The notes under the pieces were generated by a model that was given only the letters and a program-made list of their open reading frames with translations, searched no databases and had not been told where the DNA came from. A stretch of DNA of 64,000 nucleotides. It comes from Alphaproteobacteria bacterium. Its GTDB lineage: Bacteria; Pseudomonadota; Alphaproteobacteria; SMXQ01. Of this stretch, positions 8,304-17,780 are shown in pieces (positions within the stretch are counted from its first letter, which is position 1; each line of letters opens with the position of its first letter). The stretch lies in contig JBJHBM010000008.1 in assembly GCA_050485485.1 (NCBI GenBank), forward strand, positions 3,829 through 67,828, given 5' to 3'. The translations under genes and the position numbers were made by a program.

Positions 8304-10022
8304 TCAGTTGTGGTAGAGCGGCCCGCGCAGGAGCCGGCCCGCGAGCGCGCCAGTGTGCTCGCCCTCGCGGATGAACAGCTCGCCGTTGACCAGCGTGCAT
8401 AGGATGCCGTCGGATTTCTGGCTGATGCGGGGCTGGCCCGCCGGCAGGTCGTGGACCAGCTCCGGCATGGCGGGCGCGATGGTGTCGGGATCGAACACCA
8501 CCACGTCGGCGCAGTTGCCCTCGCGCAGCCAGCCGCGGCCCTTGAGGCCCCAGAACGCCGCCACGTCGAAGGTGATCTTGCGGACCGCCGCCTCCAGCGT
8601 GAGCGCCTGCTTGGCGCGCACCCAATGGCCGAGCAGGTGGCCGTGGACCGGGTTGATGGTGGTGGCGACGTGGGCGCCCGCGTCGGAGAACGTGACCGCG
8701 GTGCGCGGATGGCGGATCATCGCCAGGCAGAAGTCCTGGTCCTCGTTGTTGCTCGGCTGCACGAAGAACAGCTTGAGATGATGCTCGAGCGCGAGGTCGA
8801 TGAAGGTCTCGACCGGGTCCTGGTTGCTGCGCTCCTTGGCGATATCGGCGATCGACGGATAGGGCGGCAGGGGCCGGGTCAGCGGGAACACCCAGTTCCA
8901 GTCCACCGGGCGCTGGAACGCGTTGGGCAGCGCCGGGTCGGGCTTGTGGGTATGGGCGTGGACCGCGTCCACCAGCTTCTTGCGCATGGCGGGATCGCGC
9001 AGGCCCTTCTCCTGCTCGGCCAGGGGCAGCTTGCGGAAGTCCTTCCACACCGCGATGTAGTCGTAGGGCGTCATGGTCTCGAACGAGCGCAGCGAGCCGT
9101 TCCAGGTGGCCGTGCCCTGGATCAGCATGCGGCCGCCCGCGGCGACGCATTCGTCCACCATGCGGAACTGCTCGCGCCACAGGTCGGGGTTCTTGCGCCG
9201 GTACCACGAGCTGCCGAAGGTGAAGGGCACGCCGCTCGACAGGCACAGGTCCTTGACACGCTGGTGCTCCAGGTGGCGCTTCTCGGGATCGGGGATCACG
9301 TTCTCGCGCGCCATCTCCACGATGCCGGTGCCGAGCTCGGCGAGGACGCCCACGAGGGCGGAGAATTCGTCCCACGAGGCGACGCGGCTCGCCACCGGCT
9401 TGCCGAGCGGCGTGCGGTGCGCGCCCGAGCGCGAGGTCGACAGGCCGATGGCGCCTGCCCGCATCGAGTCCGCGAGAGCCCGCTTCATCGCGACCAGATC
9501 GTCCTCGCTGGCCTCTTCCTCCATCGCGCGCGCGCCCATAACGTGGGTACGGAGCGCCGAATGGCCCACGTAGCCCGCGTAATTGAGCCCCTTGGGCAGC
9601 GCGTCAACCGCGTCGAAGTACTCCGGAAACGTCTCCCAGGTCCACGGAATGCCCGCTTCCATGGCCTCCGGCGCGATGTCCTCTGCGCGCTCGAAATTGT
9701 GGAGCACCAAGGACTTGTCGCGCTCGGTGCAGGGCGCCATGGTGAAGCCGCAGTTGCCCATCACCACCGTCGTGACCCCGTGCCAGCACGAGTTCATCCC
9801 GAGCCCGTCCCAGAATACCTGGGCGTCCATGTGGGTGTGGCCGTCGACAAAACCGGGCGCGACCACCTGACCGTCGGCGTCGATCACCTGCTGCGCGCTT
9901 TCGCCCGCGAGCTTGCCGATCGCCGTGACGATGCCATCGCGAATCCCGACGTCGGCGCGATAGCCGGGCAGGCCGGTGCCGTCGACGACGGTGCCGTTCT
10001 TGATGAGGGTGTCGTAGGTCAT
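8304..10022 (-). CDS. N-acyl-D-amino-acid deacylase (D-aminoacylase) family amidohydrolase
   Basis: 572 aa. Metal-binding start of the amidohydrolase fold (APGFVDGHTHMD), the long insertion typical of D-aminoacylases, and C-terminal VVFDPDTI. Confidence 0.8.
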   Translation of the reverse strand: MTYDTLIKNGTVVDGTGLPGYRADVGIRDGIVTAIGKLAGESAQQVIDADGQVVAPGFVDGHTHMDAQVFWDGLGMNSCWHGVTTVVMGNCGFTMAPCTERDKSLVLHNFERAEDIAPEAMEAGIPWTWETFPEYFDAVDALPKGLNYAGYVGHSALRTHVMGARAMEEEASEDDLVAMKRALADSMRAGAIGLSTSRSGAHRTPLGKPVASRVASWDEFSALVGVLAELGTGIVEMARENVIPDPEKRHLEHQRVKDLCLSSGVPFTFGSSWYRRKNPDLWREQFRMVDECVAAGGRMLIQGTATWNGSLRSFETMTPYDYIAVWKDFRKLPLAEQEKGLRDPAMRKKLVDAVHAHTHKPDPALPNAFQRPVDWNWVFPLTRPLPPYPSIADIAKERSNQDPVETFIDLALEHHLKLFFVQPSNNEDQDFCLAMIRHPRTAVTFSDAGAHVATTINPVHGHLLGHWVRAKQALTLEAAVRKITFDVAAFWGLKGRGWLREGNCADVVVFDPDTIAPAMPELVHDLPAGQPRISQKSDGILCTLVNGELFIREGEHTGALAGRLLRGPLYHN

Positions 10023-10147
10023 GGGTCGCCTCCCGTTGCGGCGAGGGCCCCTAGGCCTTCTCGCGCCTTGGTTTCCGGAAGGCTAGACCCGCGTCCTGCC
10101 GGGCGCAATGGGCGCGTTGGAATTCCCCGCCGGCCCCCCGGAAATTC

Positions 10148-11038
10148 CTATCGGGCGCGCGAGAAACCGCCGCCCTCCGCCGCCGTGACCGCCGCCCCGG
10201 CGGGCGCCTCCCGGTCCCGGCGGCGTTCCCGCACGGCGGCCGTCATGCCGAGGGCGTCGTGGACGGCGGTGGCGACGTCGAGCAGCCGGGCACGCTCCAT
10301 CCGCCCGATCAGGCTGAACTCGAGCCGGCCCTGGCGCCAGTGGAAGGTCGAAAGTCCGTCCTGCCGGGCGAAGGTGAAGGAGGTACGCCGGGCATCCCCC
10401 GGCACCGGCACCGCGCCCACGTAGAGGCCGAGGGAGTTCCGGCCGCCCTCGTAGATCAGCTGCACCACGAGCTGCTCGCCGATGAAGAAGATGCGCCCGC
10501 CTGCGAGCGCAAGGCCGAAGTCCTTGAGGTCGGGCGCCGAGCGCGGCGCCGGCCCGCCGAGCCAGCCGACCAGCACCTTGCCGCTCTCGGCCGCATCCCC
10601 GGGCAGCGCCGGCGCCCCTTCCTCCGACAGCAGGGCGTGCGCCTCGATGGCGCGGCGCGTGAAGCTCGGGAACGGCTGCTGCTGCTCGCGCACCGCCGTC
10701 CATTGGTCGTTGGCGAGCCACCCCCCGGCGCCGGCCGCAGCCGCCAGCGCGAGCCCGAGGGCGCAGCGCAGCACGATCCGCAGCGCGCCCCCGCGCGGAC
10801 GGGCTGACAGCTTCTCCGCCATGCCCTCCATCCCGGCCGGCAGCGGTATCTTGGTCATGAAGTCGAACGCCTGGTGCAGCGCGACATTCTGGGCACGGTA
10901 GGCGGTGACCCTCTCCGCCTCGTCCGGATGCAGCGCGAGATAGGCCTCCACCGTGCCGCGGCGGCCTACGTCGAGCAGGCCGTCCACGTAGGCCTGGAGC
11001 TCCTCCTCGCGCACCCCGGCGTCATGCGCCGGCGGCAC
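10148..11038 (-). CDS. Anti-sigma factor (zf-HC2/ChrR-like N-terminal domain), membrane-spanning
   Basis: N-terminal anti-sigma motif EEELQAYVDGLLD...HPDEAERVTAYR, a central TM segment (ALGLALAAAAGAGGWL) and a periplasmic domain. Start is ambiguous. An in-frame GTG about 8 nt after the sigma stop gives translational coupling; the upstream ATG at 11110 would overlap the sigma gene by 65 nt. Confidence 0.6.
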   Translation of the reverse strand: MPPAHDAGVREEELQAYVDGLLDVGRRGTVEAYLALHPDEAERVTAYRAQNVALHQAFDFMTKIPLPAGMEGMAEKLSARPRGGALRIVLRCALGLALAAAAGAGGWLANDQWTAVREQQQPFPSFTRRAIEAHALLSEEGAPALPGDAAESGKVLVGWLGGPAPRSAPDLKDFGLALAGGRIFFIGEQLVVQLIYEGGRNSLGLYVGAVPVPGDARRTSFTFARQDGLSTFHWRQGRLEFSLIGRMERARLLDVATAVHDALGMTAAVRERRRDREAPAGAAVTAAEGGGFSRAR

Positions 11039-11045
11039 GCGCGCC

Positions 11046-11597
11046 TCATCCTTGCCTTTCCCGCACCGCGTCCCTGCGGTCCACGGCAACAGTCGGCGCG
11101 TCCTGCTCATGGCGCCTGCCGTCCATGTGCCGGCGCAACATCTCGCGTCCGCGGAAGAGCCGCGACATCACGGTCCCGATCGGCACGCCGAGCACGTCGG
11201 CCGCCTGCCGGTAGCTCATGCCCTCGAGCCCCACCAGCAGGACCACGGAACGGTAGCTCGTCGGCAGCGCGGCAAGCGCACGCTTGAGGTCGCGGATCTC
11301 GAGGCGCTCCTGCTGGTTGGGCAGCGCGCGCAGTACCGGGCTCACGTCCTCGATCGGCACCTGTATGCCGTGGCGCCGCTGGCGCGCGATGCCATCCACG
11401 TAGATGTTGTGGAGGATGGTGAAGAGATAGGCCCTGTGATCGCGCACCTTCGCCCAGACATGCACGTGGGACAGCGCGCGGGCGAGGCATTCCTGTACCA
11501 GGTCGTCGGCCTCGATCGAGTTGCCGGCGAGCGCCATCGCATACCGCCGCAGCCCCAGCACATGGGACTTCAGGACTTCGGTGAGTTTTTCCGCCAC
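11046..11597 (-). CDS. ECF (sigma-70 family, group IV) RNA polymerase sigma factor
   Basis: 183 aa. Sigma region 2 (RRYAMALAGNSIEADDLVQECLARAL, FTILHNIYVD) and region 4 HTH (GMSYRQAADVLGVPIGTVMSRLFRGREMLR). Confidence 0.85.
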   Translation of the reverse strand: MAEKLTEVLKSHVLGLRRYAMALAGNSIEADDLVQECLARALSHVHVWAKVRDHRAYLFTILHNIYVDGIARQRRHGIQVPIEDVSPVLRALPNQQERLEIRDLKRALAALPTSYRSVVLLVGLEGMSYRQAADVLGVPIGTVMSRLFRGREMLRRHMDGRRHEQDAPTVAVDRRDAVRERQG

Positions 11598-11873
11598 GCG
11601 CGCGTCCCCCCAAGCCAGGGAGCCGAAGCGCGGCCCGGGAAACGACAGACGCTTCCCGCCGTCCGGGCAATGCGGACGGCGCCATCCGCTTCGACGTCAA
11701 CAGAGTAGTTACTAGTGGCACGAGAGAACGTGGCATCGCTGTGACCAATCTGTGGTTGCGGTAGTAAGACGGCGCACCCACCCGAGTATTCCTGTGCAAA
11801 TTGTTTACAACCGACGCAATTTTCGGCGCTCCCGGGAGATGGCCGACGACCGGGCCCATCAGCGCGGGGCCCA

Positions 11874-12308
11874 TCAACGCGAGGGCGAACGGTTCTGCAT
11901 GTCCGCAAGCGTCCGGAACTGCGGTACCTCGGCGATCTCATCCCGGGTCAGCCGCACCAGGACGATGTGGTCTCCTCCCATGCCGGCGGTCGGCTCGATC
12001 CGCACATGGGCACTTGTCACCCCGACCGTCCGCCTACCGATCCCTAGGAACCCGCCCGCGCCGATCACGACGCCGGCAACCCGGCCCTGCGGGTCGAGGA
12101 CGAGGTCGGCCACGTCGCCGATTCTCCTGCCGTCCTGGGTCACCACGGCGCTGCCGAGCAGGTCGCGCGCCATGATCTGGCCCACCTGCTGGGCCTCGAG
12201 GATACCCTTGCCCGCCAGCCCGTTCTCGTCCAGCATCCGCGGCGATTGCGCCGCCGTCACGCCGGCGACGAGCAGAATCGCGACGGCGCTCATCAGGGAC
12301 CACTTCAT
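11874..12308 (-). CDS. PRC-barrel domain protein, secreted
   Basis: Signal peptide MKWSLMSAVAILLVAGVTAAQ. Two PRC-barrel-like segments (DLLGSAVVTQDGRRIGDVADLVLDPQGRVAGVVIG / DHIVLVRLTRDEIAEVPQF). Lies between the ECF sigma pair and ppsA. Confidence 0.65.
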   Translation of the reverse strand: MKWSLMSAVAILLVAGVTAAQSPRMLDENGLAGKGILEAQQVGQIMARDLLGSAVVTQDGRRIGDVADLVLDPQGRVAGVVIGAGGFLGIGRRTVGVTSAHVRIEPTAGMGGDHIVLVRLTRDEIAEVPQFRTLADMQNRSPSR

Positions 12309-12459
12309 CTCCCACCTCCAGGACCTGCGATCCACGGCCGGATTCCGGCCAGCCTCCCGGACGCCCCGAACGGTCGTCCTATGCAGATACCTAGACCCCC
12401 GTGGGCGGCCGGCTATTCCCGGCTACCTCCTTCGATGACACGGCGCGGTCCCGGGAGCC

Positions 12460-14919
12460 CTATTCGGCGGCGTTGGCCGGCGGCGGCAACGACGACGCCG
12501 CGCGCGGCTCCGCGGGCGCAGGCCCGAACTCGGCCTCGATCCCGGCGATCTCGCGTTTGACGCGCACGAAGCTGTCGGGCGTCACCGAGACGGAATCGAG
12601 GCCGATCTCCACCAGCCGGCGCGCGAAATCCGGATGGTCGCTCGGCGCCTGGCCGCACAAGCCGACCTTGCGGCCGCAGGCATGCGCCCTGCGGGTCACG
12701 TCGGCGATCGCGGTGAGCACGGCCTCATTGCGCTCGTCGAACAGGTCGGCAAGGCGATCGGAATCCCGGTCGATGCCGAGCAGGAGCTGGGTCAAGTCGT
12801 TGCTGCCGATGGAGAAGCCGTCGAATCGCGCCGCGAACTGCTCCGCCAGGATCACGTTCGACGGCACCTCGCACATCATGTAGACCTCGAGCCCGCCGCA
12901 ATTGCTCGCGAGTCCGTGGTCCGCCATCAGCTCCAACACCCAGTCGGCCTCCTCGGGGGTGCGGCAGAACGGAATCATCACCGCCACGTTGTCGAGGCCG
13001 ATGACGTTGCGCACGAAGCGGATCGCAGCGCATTCGAGCCCGAACACGGCGGTGTAGTCGGGATGGTAATACCGGCTCGCGCCGCGCCAGCCGATCATCG
13101 GGTTTTCCTCGACAGGCTCGAAAGCCTTGCCTCCGATCAGGTCGGCGTATTCGTTCGATTTGAAATCGGTCATGCGGACGATGACCGGCTTCGGGTAGGC
13201 CGCCGCCGCGATCCGCGCGATGCCGTGCCCCAGCGTCTCGATGAAGAAGCGGCATTTGTCCTCGTAACCGGCCGCGATCTCGTCGATGCGGCGGCGCAAT
13301 GCCGCGTCCTCGAGACAATCGTATTGCACCAGCGCCTGGGGATGGCACTTGATCAGGCTGGAGACGATGAACTCCAGCCGCGCGAGGCCGATGCCGTCGG
13401 AAGGCAGGCGCCACCAGCGGAACGCGCCGGCTGGATCGCCTACGTTGAGCATGACCTTGGTGCGAGTCCGCGGAATCGAATCGAGCCGCACGGAATCGAC
13501 GACATATCTGGCCTTGCCGCGATAGACGTTGCCCCTGTCGCCCTCCGCGCAGGACACCGTCACCATGACACCGTCCTCGAGCACGCGGGTGGCGTTGCCG
13601 GCGCCGGTGACGGCCGGCAGGCCAAGCTCACGACTCACGATGGCGGCATGGGACGTGCGGCCGCCGTGATCCGTGACGATGGCCGCGGCGCGTCGCATGA
13701 CCGGCACCCAGTCCGGATCCGTCATGGCGGTGACCAGCACGGCGCCGTCTGTAAAGCGATCCGCCTGGTCCGGGCTGTCGAGACGGCAGACCTTGCCCAC
13801 CGCGATCGCGTCGCCGATGGCATGTCCGGTCGTCAGCACGGAGCGCGGCGGACGCACGATACGATAATGCCTATAGAGCGCGCCCTCCTCGCGCGAGCGC
13901 ACGGTTTCGGGACGCGCCTGCACGACGAACAGCGCGCCGCTGTCCCCGTCCTTGGCCCATTCGATATCCATGGGCCGGCCATAATGGGATTCGATCGTCA
14001 CGGCCCAGCGGGCAAGCTGCAAGATCTCGTCATCGGCAAGCACGAAAGCCGCGCGCTCGGCCTTCGGCGTCGGCACCTCGCGCGTCGTGCCGGGCCCCGA
14101 TTTCCGGTAGATCACCTTACGGTGCTTCGCGCCAAGCCGCTTGTCGATAATCGGCCGGCACTCGCCCACATCGAGCAAGGGCTTGAACACCATGAATTCG
14201 TCGGGCTCCACCGCACCCTGAACCACGGACTCGCCGAGTCCCCAGGCACCGTCGATCCGCACCACGTCCCGGAATCCCGTTTCCGTATCGAGCGTGAACA
14301 TGACACCGGCGCAGCCGAGGTCGGACCGCACCATGCGCTGGATGCCGACCGACAATGCGGCGGCGGCATGGTCGAGGCCGTGCGCCTCGCGATAGGCCAT
14401 CACACGGGCCGTGAACAGCGAGGCGTAGCAACGCTTGCAAGCCGCGACCACGGCGTCTTCACCGGTCACATTCAGAAAGGTCTCGAGTTGCCCCGCGAAG
14501 CTGGCATCGGGCATGTCCTCCACGGTTGCGCTGGAGCGGACCGCGACATCGCCGCCCCCGAGCGCGCGATAGCCGGCCACGATCTCGCGGGAGATCGCGA
14601 CCGGCATGTCTGCCGTCACGATCGCTTCGCGGATCGCCGAGGCGGCCGCATCGGGTGTCGTTTCCTTGCGCGCGAGGCGCGCGAGGCAGCCGTCGATCGT
14701 TTCGTCGAGCCGCGCGTCGCGCAGGAAGATACGGTAGGCCTCGGTCGTGACGGCGAAGCCGGACGGAACGGCGATGCCGGCGTTCCGCAGGGCACAGGTC
14801 AATTCGCCGAGGGAGGCGTTCTTGCCCCCCACTCTCTGAAAGTCTGCAGCCGATAGCCTGTCGAACGGAATGGTGAAATTCTGGGAGTGAGATGGGGCGG
14901 GGCCGTCCATTCCGTCGAG
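12460..14919 (-). CDS. ppsA: Phosphoenolpyruvate synthase (pyruvate, water dikinase)
   Basis: About 820 aa. N-terminal ATP-grasp (GGKNASLGEL), central phosphohistidine domain (TDHGGRTSHAAIVSRELGLPAVTG) and C-terminal PEP-utilising TIM barrel (GSNDLTQLLLGIDRDS). Start at internal ATG (14919-14917, MLDGMDG). Confidence 0.9.
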   Translation of the reverse strand, partial: LDGMDGPAPSHSQNFTIPFDRLSAADFQRVGGKNASLGELTCALRNAGIAVPSGFAVTTEAYRIFLRDARLDETIDGCLARLARKETTPDAAASAIREAIVTADMPVAISREIVAGYRALGGGDVAVRSSATVEDMPDASFAGQLETFLNVTGEDAVVAACKRCYASLFTARVMAYREAHGLDHAAAALSVGIQRMVRSDLGCAGVMFTLDTETGFRDVVRIDGAWGLGESVVQGAVEPDEFMVFKPLLDVGECRPIIDKRLGAKHRKVIYRKSGPGTTREVPTPKAERAAFVLADDEILQLARWAVTIESHYGRPMDIEWAKDGDSGALFVVQARPETVRSREEGALYRHYRIVRPPRSVLTTGHAIGDAIAVGKVCRLDSPDQADRFTDGAVLVTAMTDPDWVPVMRRAAAIVTDHGGRTSHAAIVSRELGLPAVTGAGNATRVLEDGVMVTVSCAEGDRGNVYRGKARYVVDSVRLDSIPRTRTKVMLNVGDPAGAFRWWRLPSDGIGLARLEFIVSSLIKCHPQALVQYDCLEDAALRRRIDEIAAGYEDKCRFFIETLGHGIARIAAAAYPKPVIVRMTDFKSNEYADLIGGKAFEPVEENPMIGWRGASRYYHPDYTAVFGLECAAIRFVRNVIGLDNVAVMIPFCRTPEEADWVLELMADHGLASNCGGLEVYMMCEVPSNVILAEQFAARFDGFSIGSNDLTQLLLGIDRDSDRLADLFDERNEAVLTAIADVTRRAHACGRKVGLCGQAPSDHPDFARRLVEIGLDSVSVTPDSFVRVKREIAGIEAEFGPAPAEPRAASSLPPPANAAE

Positions 14920-15071
14920 CATGTTCACCTCTCTTCTGTCTGACCATCGGTGCATGTGGCGGGACGGTCGCAAGACCCCTTCCCGCAGGAAACCGTCTGC
15001 GGCAGCGCGGCAAGATTCGGATCGGCGGCGACGGGGCGGCGGCACCCGTCCCGGCTTGTCCGCGAAGCGCC

Positions 15072-16364
15072 TCAGCCCGACGAGGGCGAACGGAACGGCG
15101 TCAGGCGCTCGCCCTGGATGCCGAGCGCCTGCAGCAACGCATCGTCTATCTCGCTGCTCCCTCCGAGCCCGCGGTCCCGCCGGAAATCACGGATCGCGGC
15201 GTGCGTGCGTGCGCCGGCAAGGCCGTCGATGGGGCCGACCGCGTAACCGCGCTGCGCGAGCGCCGACTGAAGCGCGACCACCAACGGTCCGGTCGCCGTA
15301 ATGGTTGAACGCGGCCGCGTCGGTGCCGTCACGACTTCCCGCGCCGGCGGCGCGGGCGGAACGAACCGCGCCGTGGGCGGCAGCACCATCTCCCCGGTCT
15401 GTGTCTCTTCGCCGACTCCCGTCACGCCTCCGGGGCCCTCAATCGACGTCGATAACGGCAGGCTTTCGATCATGCCCGATGCACCCGGCATCCCATCGGC
15501 CGGCGCGCCGAAATACGGTGCGGAAGGAGATTCCGCGCCGACGCCTTGCAGGGCCGCGACCACGGCCTGGGTCGTGGACGAGACGAGGCGCACGAAATCG
15601 GGGCCGACGATGACCGCCGCCAGCGCGGCGAACCCCACGAGCACGCCGTAGTACCAGCCGTCCCTGCGGCGGATGGCCCCGGCGCTGAACCGCGACAGGT
15701 CGGGCGCGAACTTAGACGCGATCCTGGCTTCGCCGGTATCGGTATAGGGCGGGAGGCTCTCCTCGAGGCGGTCGGGCGCCGGGCCGCCGGCGCTTGCGCC
15801 CAGCCAGGGCTCGAGGCGGGGCGCTTCATGCTCGGGCCCGGAACCGCGCCGCGACCCACGCCACCGGCGTCCCGCGCCTTCGAATTCGTCCGACTTCATC
15901 CGCATCCGCGAAGCCCGATGAGACGGCTTGCCTACCGGCCATCTGTCCGGATCCTGCTCTGGCTGAAAGGGCGGCTCGGAAGCGGCTTCCGGCGCAGCGG
16001 GCGCCCCTCCTTCGGGGCTACCGCGGGCTTCTGCCGGGTCGTGCCCGTATTCCTCGACCACGCCGAGATTGGGCGGCGAGGACACCGCCTTTCCGGGCCC
16101 GACCGTTCCGGGACCGCTTGCGGTGTCCGGGTCGTCCTCCGGCTCGTCCCCGGAATCGCCGGCACCGGGCGGCGCAGCGGCGCGCGGATCGTCGCGGCGG
16201 GCGGCCGGCCCCCTGTCGTAGCCCTCCTCGCCGAACAGGCGGGCGAAGGCTTCGTCCGACCATACCGGCACCACTTCCGCCCGCGGCGGCGGACCCTGCC
16301 GCCGCGGCACGCGGGCACGTCGCACGCGCCCCAATCGCAAGCGTCTGGTGGAACGGTCTTCCAT
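15072..16364 (-). CDS. Bitopic membrane protein with proline/acid-rich cytoplasmic region and C-terminal peptidoglycan-binding (PG_binding_1-like) domain
   Basis: Start ATG at about 16364 with a GGAGG RBS. Long low-complexity Pro/Glu/Asp/Gly region, single TM (WYYGVLVGFAALAAVIVGPDFV), C-terminal LVVALQSALAQRGYAVGPIDGLAGARTHAAIRDFRRDRGL. Confidence 0.5.
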   Translation of the reverse strand: MEDRSTRRLRLGRVRRARVPRRQGPPPRAEVVPVWSDEAFARLFGEEGYDRGPAARRDDPRAAAPPGAGDSGDEPEDDPDTASGPGTVGPGKAVSSPPNLGVVEEYGHDPAEARGSPEGGAPAAPEAASEPPFQPEQDPDRWPVGKPSHRASRMRMKSDEFEGAGRRWRGSRRGSGPEHEAPRLEPWLGASAGGPAPDRLEESLPPYTDTGEARIASKFAPDLSRFSAGAIRRRDGWYYGVLVGFAALAAVIVGPDFVRLVSSTTQAVVAALQGVGAESPSAPYFGAPADGMPGASGMIESLPLSTSIEGPGGVTGVGEETQTGEMVLPPTARFVPPAPPAREVVTAPTRPRSTITATGPLVVALQSALAQRGYAVGPIDGLAGARTHAAIRDFRRDRGLGGSSEIDDALLQALGIQGERLTPFRSPSSG

Positions 16365-16779
16365 GATCGTCCTCCGGCAGTCGCGCGGTACCGAAGTGGC
16401 GCCCGGGACTGCAAAACATCTGCGACCGGGAACGCATCGCGCGGCGAGTCGTTCCCACTGACGCATGCATGCCGAAAACTATTCCTGGGTCACAGGATGC
16501 TCGCTCGTCGGGACACAAGCCGGAAGGATTTAACCGTCCCGTAAAGGAATAAATCACGCGCCATGCACGTCATCGATCACAGCGCAAATGTTTTTCATTC
16601 CGATAACGACATGATCTCCACTTTTTCAAATCCGACGTCGCGAGGCCGGTCCGCATCCAACCCTGCGGGCCTCAACGGAAGCAATGCAGCAACCAGAAGG
16701 ATAGCGGCCGAATGCGGGACGGCCGGGTACGTGGCCCAACCCCGCCGTTCAGACTCACATCCGGAAGGAGCATTCACAG

Positions 16780-17703
16780 ATGGTCTCTGGCATGATGACT
16801 GGCGAGGTCACAAAAGGATCACAGCTTGCCGCGCCTCCCCGTGAGTCGCGACATATGTCGTTACCGGACACCCTGGAGCCGGCCACGCTCGCCGCAAGGC
16901 CCCTGCACGAGCGTAACGGCGCACCGTCCGCCGCGCCCAAGCCCGGCCACGGACAGGAAGTCCTCCTGGTGCTGCCCGATGGCGAATACCGCCAATCGCT
17001 GTCCACGTACCTGAGGCGCCAGGGCTTCAAGATCATCGAGGTGGACTCGGCCCAGGCCGCCATAACCCGCGCGCTGACCGGCGAGAAGATCCACGTGGTC
17101 GTGATCGCCGTGGACCTTCCCGACATGCCCGGCATCGAGATGCTCGCCCGCCTGCGCGACCTCGGCGTGAACGCGGCGATCGCGCTGCTCGCAGATGCCT
17201 ACGACCAGGTGCACGAGGAAGTGGCGCTCGAATGCGGCGCCGCGGAGTTCCTGTGCAAGTCCCGGCGCCATTCCATCATCGCCAAGCGGCTGCACCTGCT
17301 GGCCGCGGGCACCAAGCGCCAGAACGGCCATGAGACGGCCGCCGGGGAGGACCTGAAGGTCGGGAAGCTGGTGCTCAAATCGCATTGCCACCGCGCCCTG
17401 TGGCGGGGGCACGAGGTGCCGCTGACGGTCACGGAATTCCGCATCGTACGCCTGCTGTCGTGCCAGAAGGACGTGACCCTGTCCTACCGCGAGATCTACG
17501 ACGTCGTGCATGGCGAGGGCTTCCGCGCGGGCGACGGCCCGGACGGCCACCGGACCAACGTGCGCTCCTTGATCCGCAAGATACGCAAGCGCTTCTGCTC
17601 GCTCGACAGGAGCTTCGACCACATCGAAAACGTCCCTGGCTACGGCTACTGCTGGCGCAGCAGGCCCGTCCAGGGCGGCGAGCCGGAAACGCGCGCCGGC
17701 TGA
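16780..17703 (+). CDS. Orphan OmpR-family response regulator paralogue with degenerate receiver pocket and about 60-aa N-terminal extension
   Basis: GGAAGGAG RBS 9 nt before ATG 16780. Receiver aligns with the RR at 1376-2101 but VDDDD is replaced by VLPDG and the conserved Thr is lost. The phospho-Asp (IAVDLPDMPG) and Lys (LCKSRR) are retained. Winged-helix C-terminus conserved (RTNVRSLIRKIRKRF...GYCWR). No kinase adjacent. Confidence 0.7.
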   Translation: MVSGMMTGEVTKGSQLAAPPRESRHMSLPDTLEPATLAARPLHERNGAPSAAPKPGHGQEVLLVLPDGEYRQSLSTYLRRQGFKIIEVDSAQAAITRALTGEKIHVVVIAVDLPDMPGIEMLARLRDLGVNAAIALLADAYDQVHEEVALECGAAEFLCKSRRHSIIAKRLHLLAAGTKRQNGHETAAGEDLKVGKLVLKSHCHRALWRGHEVPLTVTEFRIVRLLSCQKDVTLSYREIYDVVHGEGFRAGDGPDGHRTNVRSLIRKIRKRFCSLDRSFDHIENVPGYGYCWRSRPVQGGEPETRAG

Positions 17704-17780
17704 GGCGCAGGGGCGTAGGGAACGGCCGGCACCCGAGCGCGGCAAGCCTGCGAGAAGGATCCACGAAAGGGGAGAATCCG

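Noticed and set aside
11597-11874. Search for ECF-type GGAAC-N16-17-CGTT promoters upstream of the sigma, PRC-barrel and second sigma genes
   Set aside because: Only partial matches were found (e.g. GGGGAAC…TCCA near 41165-41200). They are not convincing enough to annotate without the family-specific motif.
12322-12336. Short hairpin ggccggattccggcc
   Set aside because: It lies inside the 5' end of the PRC-barrel coding sequence, with only a 5-bp stem and no T-tract, so it is not a terminator.
16563-16844. 93-aa ORF in the intergenic region upstream of the orphan response regulator
   Set aside because: It has no RBS and no recognisable domain, and it overlaps the better-supported start of the RR gene. 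It was treated as promoter/leader region.
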